Below are positions 37,635-46,515 of a stretch of DNA of 64,000 bases, one piece after another (the first letter of the stretch is position 1; the number at the start of each line of letters is the position of its first letter). Position numbers and translations under genes: made by a program. The stretch is from Basidiobolus meristosporus CBS 931.73 (taxonomy: Eukaryota > Fungi > Basidiobolomycota): contig MCFE01000013.1 in assembly GCA_002104905.1 (NCBI GenBank), forward strand, positions 196,742 through 260,741, in the 5' to 3' direction. A model generated the notes under the pieces. That model was not told the DNA's origin. It did no database searches and was given only the letters and a program-made list of their open reading frames with translations.

Positions 37635-39249
37635 TTACTCTTCATAATGCTCCAGACACATATCTCTCAGTGGATGTTTTCTTGTATGAACATACTGTGC
37701 ATAAATAAGTAGACTTGTTCCATTGGATAGTGCCACATTGAGCCATGAGTGCCAAATGATGCCATAGTGTGCCAGGGAGGCCAAATGAACCTATACTTAG
37801 CCACAGAGTGTGAAACATAGCTATGCATCTTCATGCAAAGCAGCCCCTGTGTTTCACCTATGACACAGGAGAAAATCCATTTTTTGACCTTTTTTTTTGG
37901 TCAATGTTGTGCAGGATGTGTAAGAGCACCAAAGAACTGAAGACATGCATCAGGTACTCAATACCTATGGCACTCTGAATCTAGCCCATGTGGCTTGTAA
38001 TATATCACAAATATGCATGGCACTATCTTAGTCCACTGGTACTATCTGGCACTATATTTGATTATTAGCCCTAAAGTAAGATCTATACAAAGCACTTATA
38101 GTGCCAGATAGTACCAGTGGACTAAGATAGTGCCATGCATATTTGTGATATATTACAAGCCACATGGGCTAGATTCAGAGTGCCATAGGTATTGAGTACC
38201 TGATGCATGTCTTCAGTTCTTTGGTGCTCTTACACATCCTGCACAACATTGACCAAAAAAAAAGGTCAAAAAATGGATTTTCTACAACACTATGGGTGAA
38301 ACAGAGGGGCTGATTTGCATGAAGATGCAGAGATATGTTTACACTTTGTGGCCAAGTATATGTTTATTTGGCCTCCCTGGCACACTATGGTATCATTTGG
38401 TGCTCATGGCTCAATGTGGCACAATCTAATGGAACAAGTCTAGTATCTTAACTATTTTACCTATTCTGCTGTTTTCTCCTATATATGACTTTCCTCTGTA
38501 TTTACCTGCCAATATGCTGGATCTCTTCAGATATCCAAATGTGTGCTCTACCCTCACTCTGAAATGATTAAATATCTCATTGTAGAGCTTCTGCTTCCTG
38601 CTAAGCACGCCATTCCTTGGCTTCCTATAAGCTGTAATACATCCTAATTTCTGACAATCCTCTCCTATAGGCTAAGTCTGCCCTACATTTCTCCCCTTTA
38701 CTGAATTCAGGATGATTCTCTACCCAGAGTGCTTTGTCAAGCCTAATTCCCGCAAATGGCCCACTAAGTTATGATGTTACCCTCAATGTCAGACAGTACT
38801 TGAAACTTCACACAGTGTGCCTTGTACTTGCCAGAATAAAAGTGCCTCTGCCCTCTAGAAGGTCTGTTAATCCTCACTGGGAAGGTATCCAATATACTGC
38901 TGATATGGAACCTGTTGCTGAACACTCTGGGATATGGAAGTCTATTAGAGCTTCTGAACCTAGTATTCCAAGCTTGCTCTAAGTCATTCATACCCGCTGC
39001 AAAGTGGTTTGCCATTGCTGTCAGCTGGGAATGAAAGCTTCTAGGACTTTTGTTGCCATGGATGGTGGGATGAAATCTTGTAGGGCAATAGTTCTTGTAA
39101 TAGCAGAGAAGCTTAACAAGGGATCTCCTTGAGTAGATTTGGGTTGATGGTCCACAGTACTTGGAATAGGTCTCCTGTAGTGTGCCAAAAGGAAATCCAG
39201 TGGTAGTGATGGGATTGATGAGAAAAGAGCATTCAGATGAGTAAGTCAT
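37635..39249 (-). pseudogene. DDE_Tnp_4-type (PIF/Harbinger/ISL2-like) transposase, ~295 aa reconstructed; two frameshifts and a MITE insertion
   Basis: ILDTFPVRINRP..QRHFYSGKYKAHCVKFQV, GPFAG..D, ADLAY, LYNEIFNHFRVRVEHTFGYLK. Confidence 0.88.
37711..38441. mobile_element. Foldback MITE (731 bp) inserted in the transposase of its cognate autonomous element
   Basis: TIR AGACTTGTTCCATT, perfect AGT/AGT TSD. The empty site ATAAGTATCTT is seen in the sister copy near 46255-46265 (reverse complement). Confidence 0.93.
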
Positions 39250-39608
39250 ATTAAAATTGGTGGATGATTGTATGGAGGCGGTTTGAATTGATTCGGTGCC
39301 ATCTGCGTTATTTATCTGATTTTTAATACATTATGGTTAAATCTCCATCAATTGCCAGGTATCCCATCATTATGTTGCAAAAATCATCCGCAAACAATGC
39401 CTTGGTACTTTTATTGATGCTTTAATCATAGGTCTATAATCAAATAGGAAATCTGCAATTGATGTGATCTGATCCGTGTCAACGTGATCTGAGATGCATC
39501 ATGCATAATATATGGAAAATTCAACAATCACATTAGTTTTCATATATATTTCATATAAGACCAGTTTGATGCCAATGTACTGCTGTATAAGTATCCAAAT
39601 CCGTTGTT

Positions 39609-42600
39609 ATGGTCCCCACACCAAGCCTCAACTCATCTTTAGTACAACCCAGACAAAACCCATCCCCCAGCTCACAAGCACGGTCTGGACCGGAAAAGTT
39701 GATGTTGGATCTGTTTGAGTTCTTGCCAAATGATTTTAGTATGGCCCAAGTGTCTATGATGAGCCTTTGTACAGATATTTGGGCACTACTGATTAATCTA
39801 GCAGAACTAGATATCTCAGAGAGTTGACAAAGATGGAAGAATTTGAGTTGAAAGCTGTGACATGAGTTCTACATCAAGATGCCAGCCAATGTATGTAAGA
39901 AGATATATGCAAGACAAGTATTGAAATCAAGAATGAACTGAGAGTGAGGGGATTTGACAAAGAAGCCGCGCAGGAACAATTTTGTGCGCAACTTGCACAG
40001 TACAGGCCGGATGTGTCCATTCATGCCTCAACTTTGGGAACCAAAGAGAGTTTGAATGAGTTTTTGCCTCAAATGACTAATGTACTACGTGATATGTTAG
40101 TAGAGCTAAGTGGCTTCCAAGAGCAATATACACAGGACTCATCCAGGCAACAGCTCCAAAGTATCAGACAAAGGGTAAGTGAATACCTTGAGGAATCAGA
40201 TGGTGCGCTTCAGGAGGAAAACTACAGCCCGTGAGCAACATTGTCCAGATTGCGCCAGCACACCTTGCTGGATACCCTACCATCTCTTGCAACCACAGCG
40301 TGCTAGCGCATGTCAGTCCAGACCACACCAATACCCTTCACCAGAACGCCCCACATTGAGTCAACACGTACGCTTCAGAGCAAAACTACAAGAACTCACC
40401 AAACTGCTCATTTAGACACAAGTCCATTGGAGTGGACCAAGTCGCATCAACATGCAGCGTCACATCAAGCTCAGCCAAGGGCCATCTCAACGTGTCAAGG
40501 CGCGCCTGTGTGTGCTGTTTTGCCTGACTATCAGCAAGTTACTTCTGGTGAACTGACTGATGATGACCAAAATGAAGTGCCTCAACCACTGGAGCCCTTG
40601 GCAAGTAAAAGAATGCGTTGTGGTGGTGTATAAGTCCAAGGGAGAGATACGTCCAACACTTCTCAAGTGTTTTGTGTGTGGGGTGCTCACTGGGTGCAAT
40701 AACCTCTGGCAAAAGCTTGCTAGGAATACTTGGGTTCTGTCTCTAATCTAATGTGAAGGGGAATAAAGCCACAAGCTTGTCAAGGGAAAACTATTGAGCT
40801 ACAATCCCCAACTTAGTTGGCATCTTAACAAAAGTATGTGCTGGGTTCAGCGTCCTCTGAGATGACATTGTACTAAAGCTTCCAAAGTCAAAACAACTGT
40901 AAACTCCACCAGCAGGGACTTGATAAGAATGCAGCTGTGGTCAATAGTTACAAAGACAGAAAAGTATCTTTGCCTGTACAAGAACAAACTTGGGAAAGAA
41001 TCAAATATAATAAAAGATACCTACTCTGAGTATTCCTCTCAAGTAGTGCCTCCAAGGTCAGTTGGCTGGCAGCACGGTTTCCTGGGGGTGTCCTGTGGTC
41101 TGGGGTTGGAAGTTCAGGTAGCAGCAGGTAGCAGTGATCACACTAATCAACAAGTTGGTATATTGATAAAAGGGATGATGATTTATTGTTGAGGGATAGC
41201 CTCCCTTATATACTTTTCTTACTGGCTAAGTGATTACTAATCATGGTGTTCCAGAAGGTTCCGGATATCAATAGAAATCTTAATGACATCAGAATGACCT
41301 AAGAATGTTCTAAGTAGGTGCCGGAAGGTTCTAAGAGGCACAGCACATCCAACCAATCAGGAATCAGTATTCTGAAACCTGTGTAACATGGGGATACCAT
41401 ATATGGTATGGAAATGGTAGGGATGGTGACATGGGTTGATCATGTGTCACGGATACTGGCGCGGGTACTTGCCTAATATAGAAGTACTTATAGCTAGTAA
41501 TCTTACATAAAGTGAGGGGTAACTTATGCAATAAGGTAAGCAGGTGTGATAGTCAACCGGCTTATGGGATAGTACTGATTGGGTAAGACAAATGGCATAA
41601 AACTAAAAGATGTGTAGTAGAGAAATAGGGAAGTACAAAATATAGGAATGAGCACATCTGTCAGTGGGTGTCACTGTCACCCCACTACAGCGTCAGCGCG
41701 TGGCACTGTCACCCCACTACAGCGTCAGCACATGGCACTATAGGCAGGTTCAGTTGGTTCAGTTGGAGCAATTCAGCGTGGCCAAGCTGCAGCATTGCAC
41801 TCATCAACTAGGAGGCAAAATACTGACTACAAATACACAAGTAGCCAAGATGATAGTCAGCCAGGAAGTAGTATAGGTGTGCAAAGTGAGTCACTACCAA
41901 ATGCTTCAGTAGTAATCCCTGTGAGAAAAAAACCCAGGAGAAGATGATGCAATTGCTTTGAATTGCTCATATTTGTAATGATCCCAACAACCCATTTTTT
42001 TTGCAATCCAAATTGAGCCATTGCATATCAGTGATCATCAAATTTTTGATATAAGTAATATCAAGCTCATCTCACATTTGAGACAGAACCCCTATAAATA
42101 AACACCCTGTATATATATACGTCATCTGTAATACCAGTGCAGCTATTGGATCTGTTTTGCACCTACACAATTGCTTGCGTGCTAGCTATGACACCTTGTC
42201 CATTCACTAGGATCAGGGATTTACTTGCTCAATGGGCAAAATGGGATATTTGATGGCAAATCAGGTAGCTTTTTTAGGAGTCAATGAGCCAATTGGGGGC
42301 TGCCAGCTTCAGGATACTTTTGGACCAATTAACCACTGAGATACTGTTCAATTGGAGCGAGGGTAACCAAAATGGTAAGTATCAGTGTAGTTTATAGTGT
42401 GATACACATTTATTTCCATTTACATTAAAGTAACATATCCAAATACCGGATTTTACCTGCCATAATAGTGGTATCCAATTGTGCACGTGATGCAAACATT
42501 ACAAGTTGGCGCAATCATCCGTGCCAACCTCATTGTGTCAGATTGTGCCATAGTGTGCAAGATCATCCCGCATAGTGCAAAATTGTCCAAGAACAATCCT

Positions 42601-42610
42601 GCCTTCTGGT
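39609..42610 (+). pseudogene. Harbinger ORF2 (about 600+ codons reconstructed): Myb/trihelix-like motif, SAP-like motif, low-complexity linker and unassigned C-terminal domain
   Basis: IWALL..L..L..SES(R)QRWKNLS(R)KL(R) and IEIKNELRVRGF...F...L..Y. The C-terminal peptide MQTLQ.G.II.ANLI.SDCAIVCKI.PH..KLSK.NPA.W is also read at 50020-50150. Domain names are motif-level inference. Confidence 0.6.
40619..41689 (-). repeat. Solo LTR-A (1071 bp), least decayed copy
   Basis: TG...CA ends and a perfect 4-bp TSD GCGT (40615-40618 / 41690-41693). Confidence 0.95.
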
Positions 42611-43791
42611 AGCTATAATATTGCGCCCAATTGTTCTTTACAACCGCAGATTGCACCGCGTGCCCTGGCAGAGTACAATGGAACAAGTCTACTGGATATG
42701 TTTGCGCTTGATTAATACTGAGTGCGGTACTGTATAGCTTTGCAATATTTGTTGGACTGCATCAGCTTCCTCAGATGGGGTATTACAGGAATATATCCGG
42801 AGTGTGAACAATGTTTTCCCTCAATGGTGGTGGATTCTTGACAATTTGGACATGTTGCAATGGTAGCATTTTTGGATGTGAATGCCATGCAACTGCTCAC
42901 ACATTCTGGAATCAGGACAGTCTCTGGATCATATGTTGCCAGCTGCATGACGGTTGTCCACTTGTACCATGTACATGGTAAGTTGCATCCTGGTATGATT
43001 TTGGCAAGAAGTAGTAATAAATCCTCAAAGCCCCCATTACTGATATTAGTGGAAATGTGCCACTTCTCTAGCCACAACATCACATCATTCACCAGTGGAT
43101 GGATTACTGGGCTCACTTGGCTCTATAAAGTATCCTTGGTATTTGTCTCAGCAGGTTTTGTGTCATTGCATATAGGGATTTGACCGGGCTCATACATGGT
43201 ACTGTTGTTAGGGGAGATAGGCTCAAAATCCATCAGTGAACCATCTTTGTCAGAGCTATCACTCTGCGTGCCATATTCAGAAGGCTGAGGTGAGCCTAAA
43301 GGCATCACAAACTCACCTGACTCAGTTTGCGCAAGGTGACAAAGATGGCCAGGTGCTAATATAGAAGTATCAACTGGCCGGCAAGATAATGTTGGTACAG
43401 TAGTGACCAATGAATGGTCAAATATGACTTGGGTGGCAAACCACTGGCCATGATCCTTGTTATACTTCCTGTGCTGTCTATGTGCTTCATGGCTGAGAGT
43501 CTTGCCACCATGGCCACATGGTCTTTTTTCTCTTCTCTTACAGTGTTGAGTCAAAGTAGTCTTGTCCATGGGGCAAACAGTTTGACCTTCAACTACATAA
43601 CGCTATTATATCACTTTTTGGTCAATACTCATGTGAACTTAAGACAGTCTTGTATTTGATACATTGCACGTACATGAATGTAAGATTCAATGATGACCTG
43701 CCATAGTAAGCATTATAAATAAAGTTGTGGCACCACATACACACATATATGTAACACTATTTCCCCTTTGATTTGACTCACTTCCATATAT

Positions 43792-46155
43792 ATGCCGCCA
43801 AAAAATAAAGCAAAGTCATCTGGTTCTCAACCAAACCCCACCGCTGACAGCAACAGAAGAATGGTTGGACAACAGCTTGCTTTGACATTCAGTGCAATAA
43901 GTGGGGCTACATCCAAAAAAGGCCCTGTGGATAGTGTGCCCATTGAAGGTAATAATGCGGACTCCTCAGGCTCTCAGTCAAGTAGGCAATTGAGAACCTC
44001 TGCGGAGCCACAGGCTGACTGTTATGCTCAGGCAGATGAGATTGTAGCAAATGCAGTACCCTCTGTTGAAGATCAGCAAGTGGCCATGATAACATCACCA
44101 CCATCTGTATTAGCAAGTATGTTGTCAGCTCATACCAAAGCATTAATGAAGCAATTAGGTGCAGTGGCTGATAGGATAGATGCAATGTCCCAGAGAAATC
44201 AGCAAGTAGTCCAGAAACAGGATGAGTGGGTAATATGTGTAGAGCAATCAATATCCCAGGTAGGGAAAGCAGTATCTTTGCTGCAAAGAAGGAACTCAAG
44301 TAGCTCAATGTCACAGCCAGGAATTGAGCCATTTCCCAATGTAACAGCAGAGGAACACTGTACAGTCTTTGAAGCACAACAACAGTGCCCAAAGATAAAG
44401 CCCACAGAAAAACCTATCACCGCATGGGAGGGAGACAATGTGGTGTTTATACCAAAGCCTAAATATCAAAAGACATTGAAGATCCGTGAAGCCGTTGAGT
44501 GCAATAATGAAGAGTGGGCTAATATACAAGAGGCTGTCAGAAGTCTAGCACACCATCACCTTAAAGCCGGCATACCATGGGACCATCAGGAACTCAAGGC
44601 CAAGCAGAATGCACTTGACTTGTTCCATGAGCATTATCCTGGATTCAAGTGGGCAAATGGATTTTGGGCCAACATTGGTATGCCAAGAAAGTATCTTAAG
44701 AATAGCAGAAACTATCAAAGGCGGAAGAACAAGGGTGCCATGGCTAAAAACCAGCAGCTTCCTCAAGAGCCCATTACAAGCAGGGCCAAAAGCTCCAGAC
44801 AAGCGTCAAAGAGACATCAGGCTGCTGGAAGAGTGCCAATTAAGGACAAGTAGGCAGACATGGATGCACCAGCACAACATTTTTCAAGGAAAATGCGTAG
44901 TACCACCCAAGAAGCACCCAGTCAAAGTAGCAGTGAAGGACCTGGCAGTGATAAAAACCTGCTGCTTTTACAGGAACCCATCACAACTACGGTTGAGAGC
45001 TCAAAACACACTGAAAAGAAATGTCAGGTTGCCAGAAGAGTGCCAGCAAGGGACAAGCAGGCCAAAACAGATGCATCAGAGCAGAATTTATCCGGGAGAA
45101 AATGTAATTCTTTACAAGAAGCACCCAGACAGAGTAGCAGTGAAAGACCTGGCAGTGATAAAGGAAGAGGTGAAGGGAAAAATGTCTACCCAAGCCTGAG
45201 ACAGGGAGGCATGCAAAAAAAACTGCAGTTCTTGCCAATTAACGCCACAAGCCAGGAACAGACTGAATCCCATCATAGCCAAGAAGAATTACCAACCAGA
45301 AAACAGCTGTTTTCACAAGAGTTGGAAGCGCAGCCACTTGAGCTACACTCCAGCACGGTAGATGAGTTTGCTGAAAAAGGCAATATGTCTACCACAGCCT
45401 CCATTGTTGACAGAGTGGAGATCCCACTGACAGACAAGGCTACAACGTTAAGAGCTTGAAAGACTATCACAATGCCTTCAGTGGAGTTTTGGAACATTAA
45501 TAGGCGCACCAAGAGGTTGCAGCACTTCTTCACAAGCAGTGCTCAAGAAAATGCACTGGAATATTGCAAGGATTTATTGCAAAGACTGGCAGATGAGGAG
45601 CTAGACTTTGCAGTGCCGGCTGAAGACCAGGACATGTGGGAACCAGTGAATGAACAGTGGCATAAAGCTGTTGGGTTCCCACCAAAGTTGTGGAACCAGA
45701 GCATCACAGCAGAAATACTAGAAAAAATACTTATTGAGTTGTGGATTTTAATGGAGTTACTTGTTGAGTGTGGGGTTGGGCTTAATGTTAGTGTAGGGTA
45801 GAGAGACTTGTATAGGTCAATACAATTGGCAATTGAGGTACAACTGCAGTTTCAATGGAAATAAATCAATTTGTACGCATGAAAAGTAAGAGAAATGGTT
45901 GAGTCAGGAAGTAAGGAGTGTGAAAAAGAGGCAATAGCCAATCAATTCACACAAATGTAGGAGGCAATGGAGTGTCTGGGATCAGAAAGTGAACAAATTG
46001 GCAGGGAACCAATCAAAAGCCACTTATACATTGTTGTGATGAAAAATTTTGACAAAGTTTTTTGTGAAATCTGGGGTGCAATTATTTTTCAACGGTCTCT
46101 GGACGGAGTCCTGACAAGATCAGTACCTCTCAAACATGGGACATTAACTTTGTGA
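43792..46155 (+). pseudogene. CACTA accessory ORF-A, 787 codons in one frame with in-frame stops
   Basis: Track ORFs at 43792, 44860, 45472 and 45967 share a frame. The terminal stop is conserved in five copies (TGA x4, TAA x1). At least the first two internal stops are sense codons in sister copies. Confidence 0.8.
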
Positions 46156-46195
46156 CGGCCTTTTGATGGGATCATCTCAATAATTTTTCATAGAG

Positions 46196-46515
46196 AGGTA
46201 AATACAGTTGCAAGTCATATATAGGAGAAAGCAGCAGAATAGTTACAATAGCTAAGATACTTATTAATGCACAGTATATTCCTACAAGAAGACATCCACT
46301 GAGAGAAATGTGTATGGAGCATTATGAGGAGTAAACAAAGCAAGAAAAGCACTGTTCTGAGCAACATAGGTAAGATTGAGTAAAAGTACCAGTCACAGTA
46401 TTCTACCACTGGCTAATGGTAGAAATTTGAGTGCCAGATGGTGACATAGAGTGCCAGATCAATCTGGCACTATAAACAGGCTGGTGCTATGGGGGACTAT
46501 CCAACATACAAGTCT
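46196..46515 (+). mobile_element. Harbinger-like left end (transposase tail and TIR)
   Basis: Reverse complement of 37453-37710 plus 38445-38500 without the MITE. Ends CATACAAGTCT. Confidence 0.85.

Larger units (their letters stand above)
37453..42690. mobile_element. Full-length PIF/Harbinger-like DNA transposon (~3.4 kb net of nested inserts)
   Basis: TIRs AGACTTGTTCCATTG / CAATGGAACAAGTCT. 3-bp flanks ATT/ACT. Removing the element plus 3 bp restores the host CACTA frame and spacing (ANISxLFDGKHY). Confidence 0.9.
35400..43569 (-). pseudogene. CACTA/EnSpm transposase (Transposase_21-type), split at 37452/42691
   Basis: ORFs 43123..43569, 42712..43116, 37033..37395 and 36094..36822. Motifs: ALDGF, WP..NLNL.P, IGDTPA, MHLLFNNI, FEWLYY, HSLLHL..GP..WEFPME.MCG, PYPNL. 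Confidence 0.9.
35230..46195 (-). mobile_element. Best-preserved CACTA copy (about 5.7 kb net), interrupted by the Harbinger-like element
   Basis: Transposase on minus, ORF-A on plus, terminus TTTTTCATAGAG at 46195. The other end is lost near 35230. Confidence 0.9.

Noticed and set aside
37881-37906. Hairpin with T-runs resembling an intrinsic terminator
   Set aside because: A 6-bp stem inside a eukaryotic MITE arm with no upstream gene; no support for function.
37709-38444. TA target duplication (Tc1/mariner-type MITE)
   Set aside because: TA flanks GACTTG...CAAGTC, but the empty sites (ATAAGTATCTT; CACTA reading frame at 37452/42691) fit a 3-bp duplication, and the cognate transposase is DDE_Tnp_4-type.
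41740-41880. BRCT-like LGGKI motif in Harbinger ORF2 (track ORFs 41664..41876 and 19564..19794)
   Set aside because: After removing the LTR, TSD and 32-bp duplication, ORF2 continues in a different frame (RQRVAL.AGSVG...). The motif is off-frame, and the putative W..C partner is in a frame not conserved between copies.
43792-46155. Stop-codon readthrough or alternative genetic code in ORF-A
   Set aside because: Sister copies have sense codons (CAG, CAA) at the stops I could compare. This is ordinary C>T decay.
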